Source: a bacterium
GTDB taxonomy: Bacteria; JAAXHH01
Reading direction: 5' to 3'
DNA length: 64,000 nucleotides
NCBI GenBank assembly: GCA_965248395.1
Contig: OZ252103.1
Coordinates: 3,222,876 to 3,286,875 of the forward strand
A program made the translations under genes and the position numbers. The notes beneath the pieces are model-generated. The model ran no database searches. It was given only the letters and a program-made list of their open reading frames with translations, and had not been told where the DNA came from. This document shows, piece by piece, positions 48,366-58,069 of this stretch (position 1 is its first letter; each line of letters begins with the position of its first letter).

Positions 48366-49523
48366 TCAACTGCTCGCGGGAGCCGGCTCTTCCGCCGGGA
48401 TCTCCGCGGGTACTGCCGCGGGCGCTTCGGAAGGCTGCCCCGTCTGCTTGCCGTATTCCTCGATGAACTCCTCCACCAGCCGGTGACACACATCGTCGTT
48501 GTACTGCTCGGGCGGGGATTTCATGAAGTAGGAGGAAGGACCGAGTTGGGGACCGCTGAGCCCGTTGTCCAGGGCCAGCTTGCAGCAACGCACCGCGTCG
48601 ATGACCACACCGGCCGAGTTGGGCGAATCCCAGACTTCCAGCTTGAGTTCGAGATTCAGCGGAACGCCGCCGAAGGTCTCGCCTTCCATGCGGATGTGGC
48701 ACCACTTGCGGTCTTCGAGCCATGGCACGTGATCGCTGGGCCCCACGTGGATGTTGCCCTCGCCCATGTCGTAGCTCAATTGGGACGTCACCGCGTTGGT
48801 CTTGCTGATCTTCTTCGACTCGAGGCGCGAACGCTCCAGCATGTTATAGAAATCGGTGTTGCCGCCGAAGTTGAGCTGGTAGGAACGCAGGACCTTGACG
48901 CCGCGGTCCGCGAAGAGGCGGGTCAGCACGCGGTGGGTTATAGTAGCGCCCACCTGCGATTTGATATCGTCGCCGATGATCGGCAGGCCATGCTTGCGGA
49001 ACCGCTCCGGCCAGTGGCCCGTGCTGGCGATGAACACCGGCACGCAGTTGACGAATCCGCATCCCGCCTGCAGGATCTGCTCGACGTACCACTTCGTGGC
49101 CTCCTCACTGCCCACGGGCAGGTAACTGACCACCACGTCCGTCTTCGTGTCCTTGAGCACCTCGACCACGTCGACGGTGTCACTTTCGTCTTTTACGATG
49201 ACCTCGCTGAGGTACTTGCCCAGCCCGTCGTGGGTCATGCCACGCTGAACGGGTACGCCCAGGTTCGGCACGTCGGCGAACTTCACCGTGTTGTTGGGAG
49301 GGGCGAAGATCGCCTCGCTCACGTCCTTGCCTACCTTCTCTGCCCCCACGTCAAACGCGGCTGAAAACTCAACGTCGTTGACGTGATAGCCACCCAGGTT
49401 GGCGTGCATCAGGCCGGGTATGAACTCGTCCTGCGCGGCGTTGCGGTAATACTCGACGCCCTGCACCAGCGACGAGGCACAATTGCCCACGCCGACGATG
49501 GCGACTCTTACTTTGCTGCTCAT
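48366..49523 (-). CDS. ino1: myo-inositol-1-phosphate synthase
   Basis: [58 protein letters not shown]. Confidence 0.96.
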   Translation of the reverse strand: MSSKVRVAIVGVGNCASSLVQGVEYYRNAAQDEFIPGLMHANLGGYHVNDVEFSAAFDVGAEKVGKDVSEAIFAPPNNTVKFADVPNLGVPVQRGMTHDGLGKYLSEVIVKDESDTVDVVEVLKDTKTDVVVSYLPVGSEEATKWYVEQILQAGCGFVNCVPVFIASTGHWPERFRKHGLPIIGDDIKSQVGATITHRVLTRLFADRGVKVLRSYQLNFGGNTDFYNMLERSRLESKKISKTNAVTSQLSYDMGEGNIHVGPSDHVPWLEDRKWCHIRMEGETFGGVPLNLELKLEVWDSPNSAGVVIDAVRCCKLALDNGLSGPQLGPSSYFMKSPPEQYNDDVCHRLVEEFIEEYGKQTGQPSEAPAAVPAEIPAEEPAPASS

Positions 49524-49635
49524 TTTTTCCCCGCTTTCCTTCCGACACCGGGCCCGCGTCACGCACGCCCGAGGTATTGAAGTAATGAGTGAATTGCTCA
49601 ATGTATTCCTGAGTAATAAGAAACCACGAATTTTC

Positions 49636-49683
49636 TATAACTCAAATAAATAATTGTTATATTATCTATAGATTTTATCTATA
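49636..49683. promoter_or_regulatory. LysR-type binding dyads in the divergent ino1/LysR promoter region
   Basis: TATAG-N7-CTATA (49667-49683, contains T-N11-A) and TATAAC-N14-GTTATA (49636-49661) in an AT-rich stretch. Confidence 0.5.
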
Positions 49684-49873
49684 ATGCGATAGGAGCCTTA
49701 GTGGGCCGGCGTATTCACCGTCAGGAGCAGGATCCACGTAAATGCGAAATATGGAATAACGCGTACGGAAAACCAGCACACGGAAATTGGCATACGGAAA
49801 ACCAGTACGCGAAAATCGACATCATGAATCCACATCATTCACCATGCAAGCAACATAGCGCGGAGAGCACACC

Positions 49874-50797
49874 ATGAACCTGTATTATTTGCAGTACTTC
49901 CTGGCCGTTGCGAGAAGGGAGAGTTTTTCAAAGGCCGCCCGTGACATGCACGTGACGCAGCCCACGGTGAGCAATGGCGTACGGGAACTGGAACAGACAC
50001 TGGGGGTGAAGCTGTTCAATCGCGGAAGCCGCCACGTTTCACTGACCATGGAGGGCAGGACGCTGGTCGGTTACGCCGTACGTATCCAGGATCTCACGGA
50101 GGAAGTGGAAAACCGGCTCGCCGGAGGTGACGTCCTGCCAGGCGAGGGGTTCACATTCGGTGCCACCGACGCCGCGGTGACTTACCTTTTGACGGACATC
50201 CTCAAACGCTACGTGCAGCGATACCCGGAACTGGAATTGTCCGTACACGTTTCGCCGTCCCAGTACCTGGTGGAGGAACTCCTGGCCAACCGTTCGGAGT
50301 TCGCCCTGATCACCCTGCCCAACTCCCATCCGAGGATCGAGACCATGTCAATCTACCACGATTCCATGCCCCTTGTGGTCGGCGGCGGCCATCCCTTCGC
50401 GGTCCGGACCTCCGTCGCGCTGGGGGAAGTGGCGGAACAGCCGCTGATCCTCTTCCACGAGGATTCCGTGTCCCGCCGGATCGTGGACGAAAGATTCGCC
50501 GAGGTGGGCCTGTCGCCGCGCGTGGTCATGGAAATGCGCAGTCCGGAGGCCATGCGCAAGCTTGTAGAAGCGGGCGTAGGTATTTCCTTCCTGCCCTCCT
50601 TGACGATCCAGGAATCCATTGCCGGAGGTACGCTTCGGGAGGTCACCGTTGAGGGCGTCGAATTCAGCCGCGATATCGGCGTCGCCTGGCGGCGAGGACG
50701 ATACTTCAGTCCGGCCCTGGGCAATCTCCTGGAGGATATCTTTGAAAGCTACGGCGAGGGCGAGGCGTGGGCGGAGCGGCAGAAAACGGGACGGTAG
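49874..50797 (+). CDS. LysR family transcriptional regulator
   Basis: SFSKAARDMHVTQPTVS..LEQTLGVKLFNR HTH; VEAGVGISFLP. Confidence 0.95.
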   Translation: MNLYYLQYFLAVARRESFSKAARDMHVTQPTVSNGVRELEQTLGVKLFNRGSRHVSLTMEGRTLVGYAVRIQDLTEEVENRLAGGDVLPGEGFTFGATDAAVTYLLTDILKRYVQRYPELELSVHVSPSQYLVEELLANRSEFALITLPNSHPRIETMSIYHDSMPLVVGGGHPFAVRTSVALGEVAEQPLILFHEDSVSRRIVDERFAEVGLSPRVVMEMRSPEAMRKLVEAGVGISFLPSLTIQESIAGGTLREVTVEGVEFSRDIGVAWRRGRYFSPALGNLLEDIFESYGEGEAWAERQKTGR

Positions 50798-50821
50798 CAG
50801 GGGGAAAACGGCCAGTCCGGA

Positions 50822-51316
50822 TCAGTCGAATTGCTTCAGTTCGGCGTCGATCCGGTCCTGGTGTCTCGGGTCTTTCTCCAGACCGCTTGCGGTCGTGGAG
50901 ACGACGCGGTTCAGGCGTCCGGTCCTCCACCGGCGAAGCGTGAGGAAGATCAGCCCGGCTCCGGTCAGGAACATGAGCGGCGTCAAAAGATAGGCCAGGC
51001 GGTTGAAGCCGGAATTGGGCGGGGACGAAAGGATGCGTTCTCCGTACATGGCCTTGTAATGATCAATGATCTCTTCGTGAGTCTGCCCGTCGGCGAGCAT
51101 TTGACGAAGATCGTCTTTCATCTTCTCCGCGGTACCGGAGTAATGCTGGCTGAGCGGTTGCCGCCAGCAGCAAGGCGCGATCAGCTGCTCCTCGACTTCC
51201 CTGGCGACCTGTTCCCTGCTGTCTACCGCGGCATCATCAACCTGGGAAACGGCCAGTCCTGGCAGCGCCAGGACGAACAGCAACGGGAGCAAGTATAGGT
51301 AGGAATATCGTCGCAT
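50822..51316 (-). CDS. ccmH: cytochrome c biogenesis protein CcmH/NrfF-like
   Basis: Signal peptide, LIAPCCW, IIDHYKAMYGERILSSPP, C-terminal TM. Confidence 0.75.
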   Translation of the reverse strand: MRRYSYLYLLPLLFVLALPGLAVSQVDDAAVDSREQVAREVEEQLIAPCCWRQPLSQHYSGTAEKMKDDLRQMLADGQTHEEIIDHYKAMYGERILSSPPNSGFNRLAYLLTPLMFLTGAGLIFLTLRRWRTGRLNRVVSTTASGLEKDPRHQDRIDAELKQFD

Positions 51317-51855
51317 CGTATCAATAGGGAAGTAGGTGTTGGGCTGGTTCCCATGCCGGAGATTGACCTGGCTGTTTCGCCTTGCTGCCAGGCCTTACCG
51401 TTCTTCCTTTCAAGTTACTATTCGCCCATCGAATAAGCAAGCAGGTTATTGATCTCCGCGCCGTGGGTCAATTGGCTGTCCACCCGTTTATTGATCCTGT
51501 AATGTCGCAGATTTTGAAATCTGGATGATTCTGCGCCTATGTAACTGTACGGCAACCGGGTTAAGGTATACCTGTTTAAAGACACTGTGATATGGTATGC
51601 CTGTTTACCGTGATATGTCGCATTGAAATAAATGACCTCATTGTTGGATTTTCGGGGGATTATCGCGAATGATGAATATATCTTCTTGACCTTACCAGTG
51701 GTACCGACTCCTATACTGTGGCGAATTTCAGGGGACGGTGTAAGTTTCTGCAAATCGATCTTCAGGGTAGGTTGAGCAGTCGTGGGCATATCTGCCCTGG
51801 CTAGCTGCTCATGGCGGACCACGCGTAACCCGTGTGGATAACGGAGTGATCAAAC

Positions 51856-54129
51856 ATGCAGTCACGGGGTGAAGTCAACCGGTCGTTGCGGTCGTTCATC
51901 ACCGTGAGCGGTCTGGGGGGCGCCTGGGGCCAGATGCTGGGCTTGAATACGGCCGTGTTCGCAGGATTCGTGCTCTCCCTGGGCGCGGACGCCTCGGACA
52001 TCGCCTTCTATTCCGCGATCGCGGCGATCCTCGCACCCGTCCAGATCATCTCCTCCCTCTTCAGCAAATCCATCGAGAACAAGAAGAACTGGGTCATATG
52101 GAACCGGATCTTCGAAGTCGTATTTCGGGGACTCCTGATCACCATCCCCTTTCTCTTCGTCGAATCGCTGCACCAGCGGATGCTGCTCATTTTCCTGGTC
52201 GCCGGACTGACCGCGGGATACATCTATACGCCATTCTACTCGAGTTGGGTCGCCGGTACGGTACCGGAGAACTTCAGGGCCCGTTTCACGAGCCGGCAAA
52301 CCATCGTCCGCAGCCTCGTGGGTATGGTGGTGGGCGTGCTGACCGGGCGTTTTTTGGACTGGTTCCCGGATGAAGAAAAGTTGATGGCCTTTGTGGTGGT
52401 TTTTGTCGTCGGTACCCTCTGCGGTGTCGCTGGTCCTTTGTTTCTCAAACGCACGAACTACCCGGTCCAAACCGACGAGACCGAGAACCACAATCCCTTA
52501 CGCCATCTCCTGCAGCCCTTCCGCGACCGGAACTTCCGGCAGCTGGTCCTGTTCTTCTCATCCTGGCAATTCGCCCTGGGTCTGTCGGGCCCGCTCTTCA
52601 GCGTGTTCATGCTCGACCGGCTGGGATTCGGCTATACCGCCATCTCCCTGCTGAGCGCCCTGGGGACCCTGTCCACCATGGCGGGATACCGCGCCTGGAG
52701 CGTGCTGATCGATCGCTTCGGCAGCAAGCCGGTCCTCCAGATCCTCATCATACCGGGCGCGTTGACCGCCTTCCTCTGGGGAGTGTGCCAGCCGGGTTCA
52801 CACGTAATGGTCGCCAGCGCCATGTTCCTCTCCGGCCTGATCATGGGCGGCATCAACCTGGCCGTCACGCCACTGCAGTACGCGCTGCTTCCGAAAGAGA
52901 ACCAGGACGAACGCGTAGCCTACCTTGCTTCGTGGTCCACGACGATAAACCTGCTCTACTCCGTTGGACCCCTCATCGGCGGCATCCTGGTGGCGTCGCT
53001 GGTCGGCGTACGCTTCACCGTGGGCGGATTCCTGATCCAGGACATCAATATCATCTTCTTCCTGAGCGGAATTATGCGTTTCGTGCCGCTTTTCCTGTTG
53101 CGGCCGGTGCGCGATGCCCGCTCCATTTCGTCCCATCAGCTCCTTTCGAACATGTTCAGGGGGAACCTGCTGAGCTACACCTTCAACTACATCGTGTTCA
53201 ACGTGGCCACGGCCGAGGACCGCCGGGCCCGTGCGGCCTTCAGGCTCGGCCGTTCGCGCAACCCAATGGCCATAGACCACCTCGTTCGGGCCCTGTCCGA
53301 CGCCAGTTCCAAGGTGCGCCGCCAGGCAGCGCGGGCGCTGGGCGAAACCGGTTCGGAGACGGCGGTGGACACCCTGATCCGGGAGCTGGAAAGCCCATCA
53401 TCGGATATCCGCAGCGAGGCGGCCGAGGCCCTCGGCAGGCTACAGCACGCCAAGGCGGTGGACGCCCTGGTCGAGGCCCTGGAAGACGAAGACCCCCGGG
53501 TGCGGATCAGCGCCATTTCCGGCCTGGGACAGATGGAGGGCGACGACGTGCAGGAACTCCTGTTCTGGCACTTCTCCAATAACGTCGACCGGCAGACATT
53601 TCCCACGCTGGTGGAGGCCCTGAGCCACCGCGAGGACTACCGCATCATCAAACCGACGTTCGACCGGCTCGGATCGTTTACCTCACCTGCTGTGCGGCTT
53701 CAGTTCCTCAACAATATCTGCTATACGCTGGGCGCCGGGGACCGGTTCTACAAGCTGCTGTCCATGGAGGAGAACGTACGTTACGGGGAACTCGAAGGAA
53801 TGATCAAGAAGGCGATCTCCGGTCTTACGGAATCGAAGGCCGTTCCTGAAGACGCCCGCCGGGGCGTGGAGAGCCTCTTCGCCCTTTTTACCCAGGCTTA
53901 CGAGCACAACGACGTGCCGGCCATGATGGAACAGGCCCGGCTGCTGGCGGCGTTGATCCGCGACAGCCATCCCGTCGTCGAACAGAGCCCGGTTGACACT
54001 CTTTCGGTGTACCTCATCATCATGACCATGAACCACTTCATTGCCAGTGACGCCCACCACGACCTGCCCGCGGCCCAGGAGATCTTCCTGGTGGTGTGCA
54101 TGGACAGGATCGCCGACCTGGTGAAGTGA
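51856..54129 (+). CDS. MFS transporter fused to a HEAT (PBS lyase) repeat domain
   Basis: About 12 TMs with LIDRFGSK loop; then VRRQAARALG, IRSEAAEALG, VRISAISGLG repeats. Confidence 0.85.
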   Translation: MQSRGEVNRSLRSFITVSGLGGAWGQMLGLNTAVFAGFVLSLGADASDIAFYSAIAAILAPVQIISSLFSKSIENKKNWVIWNRIFEVVFRGLLITIPFLFVESLHQRMLLIFLVAGLTAGYIYTPFYSSWVAGTVPENFRARFTSRQTIVRSLVGMVVGVLTGRFLDWFPDEEKLMAFVVVFVVGTLCGVAGPLFLKRTNYPVQTDETENHNPLRHLLQPFRDRNFRQLVLFFSSWQFALGLSGPLFSVFMLDRLGFGYTAISLLSALGTLSTMAGYRAWSVLIDRFGSKPVLQILIIPGALTAFLWGVCQPGSHVMVASAMFLSGLIMGGINLAVTPLQYALLPKENQDERVAYLASWSTTINLLYSVGPLIGGILVASLVGVRFTVGGFLIQDINIIFFLSGIMRFVPLFLLRPVRDARSISSHQLLSNMFRGNLLSYTFNYIVFNVATAEDRRARAAFRLGRSRNPMAIDHLVRALSDASSKVRRQAARALGETGSETAVDTLIRELESPSSDIRSEAAEALGRLQHAKAVDALVEALEDEDPRVRISAISGLGQMEGDDVQELLFWHFSNNVDRQTFPTLVEALSHREDYRIIKPTFDRLGSFTSPAVRLQFLNNICYTLGAGDRFYKLLSMEENVRYGELEGMIKKAISGLTESKAVPEDARRGVESLFALFTQAYEHNDVPAMMEQARLLAALIRDSHPVVEQSPVDTLSVYLIIMTMNHFIASDAHHDLPAAQEIFLVVCMDRIADLVK

Positions 54130-54193
54130 TCTGGCTGGCCGCTTGCCGACTAATTGACTTCGTTAAACTATTCGAAAGTGAAAGAAGCCGAAC

Positions 54194-55330
54194 ATGAACG
54201 CACGCCACGAACAGTTTCACCTGGCCATCGCCGGGGCCTGCGGACGGGGTCTCGGTTTCCGCAACGCCTGCGACGCCTTGCCGCGGGTCCGCGTCCACGC
54301 CGTGTGTGACGTCGACGCCGAAGCCCTGCCCGCGAACGCTGAATTGCTGGGCGCGTCGGAACAATACACCGATTACGGGGCCATGCTGGAGAAGTCCGAC
54401 CTGGACGGGGTGATCATCGCCACGCCCATGCCCCTCCACGCGCCCCAGGCCATTGCCGCGCTTAACCGGGGACTGCACGTATTCAGCGAGGTGCCGGCGG
54501 CCGTGTCTGTCGAGGAATGCAGGGGAATCGTCCAGGCCGCCCGAAAATCCGGCGGCGTGTACATGATGGCCGAAAACTATACCTACATCCGGGAGAACGT
54601 ACTGGTGAAAGCGCTCGTGAAGGCGGGGCATTTCGGATCGCCCTACTATGCCGAGGGAGAATACATCCACGAGCTCAAGGGCTACGACGAGCATCGGCTC
54701 GCGGCCCGGGGCCTGCCTCCGGAGCAGGTCTGGCGGCGCCACTGGCAGTCCGGCATCGACGGCATCACCTACGGCACCCACAGCCTGGGACCCATCCTGC
54801 AGTGGATGGACGACCGGGTCGCCCACGTCACCTGCCACGGCAGCGGCCACCACTACGTCGACGCGGAAGGCAGACCCTACGCCCAGGACACCAGCGTCAT
54901 GCTCTGCAAGATGGCGAGGGGCGGACTGGCCAAGATCCGGATGGACCTTACCTCCGACCGGCCCCACGCGCTGACCAACTACCAGCTTCAGGGCACCGAT
55001 GCCTGCTACGAATCGGCCCGCGGTCCAGGGCAGCTCAACCGGATCTGGCTTCGGTCCCGCTGCGAGGATGAAAATACGTGGATGGACCTTCACGAGTTGG
55101 AGGATGAGTTCCTGCCTGACTGGATGAAGGCAACGGCCGCGCAGGGCGCGGGACACGGCGGGAGCGACTACCACGAACTCGTGGAATTCATCGACGCCGT
55201 GGAGGGCCAACTCAAGCTGTCCATCGGGCTCCACGAGGCCATGGACATGACCCTGCCCGGCCTGGTCAGCCAGCAGTCCATCGCCGAGAACGGCCGGTCC
55301 CTTCCCGTTCCGGATTCCAGGGAATGGTAG
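54194..55330 (+). CDS. Gfo/Idh/MocA family oxidoreductase
   Basis: IATPMPLH, SEVPAA, MAENY, EGEYIH, YGTHSLGP, GHGGSD. Confidence 0.88.
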   Translation: MNARHEQFHLAIAGACGRGLGFRNACDALPRVRVHAVCDVDAEALPANAELLGASEQYTDYGAMLEKSDLDGVIIATPMPLHAPQAIAALNRGLHVFSEVPAAVSVEECRGIVQAARKSGGVYMMAENYTYIRENVLVKALVKAGHFGSPYYAEGEYIHELKGYDEHRLAARGLPPEQVWRRHWQSGIDGITYGTHSLGPILQWMDDRVAHVTCHGSGHHYVDAEGRPYAQDTSVMLCKMARGGLAKIRMDLTSDRPHALTNYQLQGTDACYESARGPGQLNRIWLRSRCEDENTWMDLHELEDEFLPDWMKATAAQGAGHGGSDYHELVEFIDAVEGQLKLSIGLHEAMDMTLPGLVSQQSIAENGRSLPVPDSREW

Positions 55331-55417
55331 GCAGAAACCCGGGCGCCTGGAAGACGGTTCACACCGGGTACGGGGGTTAGAATCTCCTGTACTGTTCCGG
55401 CTTTCCAGGCTATACTT

Positions 55418-55531
55418 TGAGCATCCCAAACTTAAGCTGGATATGCGTTTTGCGTTTTATACTAAAGCTGGATTCGTGCTGAGGTTTCCAAACTAAAGAT
55501 GGATTCTCGGCGAGCATTCCAAACGTGAAGT
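55418..55531 (+). repeat. degenerate 31-bp tandem repeat, about 3.5 copies
   Basis: Units at 55418, 55449, 55480, 55511; consensus TGAGCATTCCAAACTAAAGCTGGATTC. Confidence 0.8.
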
Positions 55532-55564
55532 GTCATCTGCCGCAACCACCGAGGAGCACTACCC

Positions 55565-56653
55565 ATGGCCCGCCCCGGCAGCCCGATCGAAGACATCGAC
55601 ACTCCGGCCCTGGTGATCGACCTGGACCTGATGGAGGGCAATATCGCCCGCATGGCCGAATTCTTCGCCGACAAGGACGCCCATCTGCGGCCCCACACGA
55701 AGACCCACAAGACGCCGGTCCTGGCCCACCGGCAGATCGAGGCCGGGGGCCAGGGCGTCACCTGCGCCAAGCTGGGGGAAGCCGAGGTCATGGCCGCGGC
55801 CGGCATCCGGGACATCCTCGTCGCCAACCAGGTCGTGGGGCGCGTGAAGATCAACCGCCTGGTCGCCCTCGCACGCCATGCGGACATCATCGTTGCCTCG
55901 GACCATGAAGACAACGTGCGGGAGATCTCCAAAGCCGCCGTGGCCGCGGGCGCCCGGGTGAACATGATCATCGAGGTCGACGTGGGCATGGAGCGCTGCG
56001 GCGTACCGCCCGGGGAACCCGCGTGGAAGCTCGCGCAGGCGATCGACCGCTACCCCGGCGTCATCTTCCGCGGGGTGATGGGCTACGAGGGCCACATCAT
56101 TGGAAACCCCGACGACGAGGCCCGGTACGCCGGATGCCGGGTTTCCATGACGATGCTGACCGAGACGGCGGACTATATCCGGGAAAGGGGCCTGCCCGTG
56201 GATCTCGTCAGCGGCGGCGGTACGGGCACCTACAAGGTCACCGGGACCTTCCCGGGGGTGAACGAGGTGCAGGCGGGGTCTTACATCCTGATGGACGGCA
56301 CCTATCAGCAACGCATCCCTGAATTCGATTGTGCGCTCACCATCTACGCCACCGTAGTAAGCCGCCCCGGCGACGAACTCGCCATCGGCGATGCGGGCTT
56401 GAAGACCATGACGAACGACATGGGGCTGCAGACCGTCCGCGGCGTGGAAGGCGCGTCCGTCCTTCGCCAGTCCGAGGAACACGTCAAGATCGAACTCCCC
56501 GGCACTTCCTGTACCCTGAGGCCGGGCGACAAGATCCACATCGTACCGAGCCACTGCTGCACGACGATCAACCTTCACGACCGCTTCTACGGCGTGCGGA
56601 ATGGTACGGTCGAGACCGTGTGGGATATCGCGGCCCGCGGAAAATTGCAGTAG
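55565..56653 (+). CDS. DSD1/D-threonine aldolase family PLP enzyme (fold type III)
   Basis: DTPALVIDLD, LRPHTKTHK, GVMGYEGH, GGGTGT, SEEH, PSHCCTTINLHD. Confidence 0.92.
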   Translation: MARPGSPIEDIDTPALVIDLDLMEGNIARMAEFFADKDAHLRPHTKTHKTPVLAHRQIEAGGQGVTCAKLGEAEVMAAAGIRDILVANQVVGRVKINRLVALARHADIIVASDHEDNVREISKAAVAAGARVNMIIEVDVGMERCGVPPGEPAWKLAQAIDRYPGVIFRGVMGYEGHIIGNPDDEARYAGCRVSMTMLTETADYIRERGLPVDLVSGGGTGTYKVTGTFPGVNEVQAGSYILMDGTYQQRIPEFDCALTIYATVVSRPGDELAIGDAGLKTMTNDMGLQTVRGVEGASVLRQSEEHVKIELPGTSCTLRPGDKIHIVPSHCCTTINLHDRFYGVRNGTVETVWDIAARGKLQ

Positions 56654-56689
56654 GAAAATCAGCGTAAACTACGGTAAGGAGTACGACCC

Positions 56690-57790
56690 ATGGATCCCCG
56701 ATACCTCGTCGCCAACGTCGATGAAATCCCCAGCCCATCCATGCTGGTTTACCGGGAACGGCTAAAGGAGAACATCGACCGGACGGTGGCGATCGCGGGC
56801 GGTCCCGAGCGCCTGCGTCCCCACGTGAAGACCCACAAGATGGTTCCTGTGATCGAGATGCAGCGTAAAGTGGGGATCGACAAGTTCAAGTGCGCCACGC
56901 TGTTCGAGGCCAGGATGCTGGCGGAACTGGGCGTGGACGATGTCTTCATCGCCTACCAGATGATCGGTCCCAACATCGGCCGGCTGGTCGAACTTGCCGG
57001 GCGCTTTCCCGGAACGACCTTTCGAACCATGGTGGACGATCCCGGTGCGGCCGAGGCACTTTCATCGGCCGCCGCGGGAGCCGGAGTGAACATCGACGTC
57101 CTGGTGGATCTCGACGTGGGACTGCATCGCACCGGGATCGCACCTGGTTCGGATGCGCTGGAACTCTACGCGCTCCTGGACCGTCTGCCCGGCTTAACCC
57201 CCGGAGGCCTTCATGGCTACGACGGCCACAATCACCAGGAAGACATCGAAGAGCGCAAGAAGGCCTGCGGGGCCGCGCTCGACATGGTGCGTGCGTTCCA
57301 GGCGCAACTGGAATCCCGTGGCCTTCCGGTTCCGCGGCGCGTCATGGGGGGATCGATTTCCTTCCCCTGCTACGCCCCTTCCATAGATGTGGAACCTTCG
57401 CCGGGCACCTCTGTTTTCTGGGACTGGGGGTACAGCCAGCACTTCCCCGATCTGCCCTTTGAAGCCGCGGCCCTGTTGCTCAGCCGAGTCATCAGCATAC
57501 CCACCTCCACGCGAGTGACCCTCGACCTGGGCAACAAGGCCATCGCCTCGGATCCCGCCGGGCAGCGGGGCGTCGCCTGGAACCTTCCCGGGGCGGAACC
57601 CGGTCTGCATAACGAGGAGCACTGGGTCATGGATTGCCCTGACTCCTCCGAACTGGCGGTCGGTCATCCCATCTACGTCTTCCCCACCCACGTCTGCCCC
57701 TGCACCGCCCTCCACCGGCAGGTGTACGTGATCGACGGCGACGGCCACTGCCGCGAACAGTGGACGGTCGACGCGCGCGACCGCGAATAG
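56690..57790 (+). CDS. D-threonine aldolase-like (D-TA family) PLP enzyme
   Basis: LRPHVKTHK, KCATLFEA, HGYDGH, DLGNKA, NEEH, PTHVCP. Confidence 0.9.
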   Translation: MDPRYLVANVDEIPSPSMLVYRERLKENIDRTVAIAGGPERLRPHVKTHKMVPVIEMQRKVGIDKFKCATLFEARMLAELGVDDVFIAYQMIGPNIGRLVELAGRFPGTTFRTMVDDPGAAEALSSAAAGAGVNIDVLVDLDVGLHRTGIAPGSDALELYALLDRLPGLTPGGLHGYDGHNHQEDIEERKKACGAALDMVRAFQAQLESRGLPVPRRVMGGSISFPCYAPSIDVEPSPGTSVFWDWGYSQHFPDLPFEAAALLLSRVISIPTSTRVTLDLGNKAIASDPAGQRGVAWNLPGAEPGLHNEEHWVMDCPDSSELAVGHPIYVFPTHVCPCTALHRQVYVIDGDGHCREQWTVDARDRE

Positions 57791-57912
57791 CGACGCGGAT
57801 TCCACACACGTACGGCACCCGGCAACCCGCGCGACCGCGAAGCAGCACGGACTCCTCACACACTCGGCACGCTCACGACCGCCAACAGTGGTCCGGCGCC
57901 CCTCCTTATTAG

Positions 57913-57975
57913 TGTGACAATCGTGTTACATTTTTGAACTTTGCTATTGACGAAGTGACGTAAATACATTATCTT
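57913..57975 (+). promoter_or_regulatory. promoter of the crotonase gene with an upstream dyad
   Basis: TGTGAC-N6-GTTACA (57913-57930); TTGACG (57947-57952)-17 bp-TATCTT. Confidence 0.55.
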
Positions 57976-58069
57976 AAACCGTTCGTGGTTGACGCGATAG
58001 CCGGGCTGTATCCCTCGGGAACCGTCCCGGCTTAATGGTTTTTTCCAGGCACGTCGACAAGGCGCTTGC

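Noticed and set aside
51418-51822. 134-aa ORF in the AT-rich intergenic region
   Set aside because: Non-standard start, atypical codon usage and no recognisable motif.
51833-51841. Perfect DnaA box (TGTGGATAA) suggesting oriC
   Set aside because: Single box, no cluster, and no dnaA, dnaN or gidA context.
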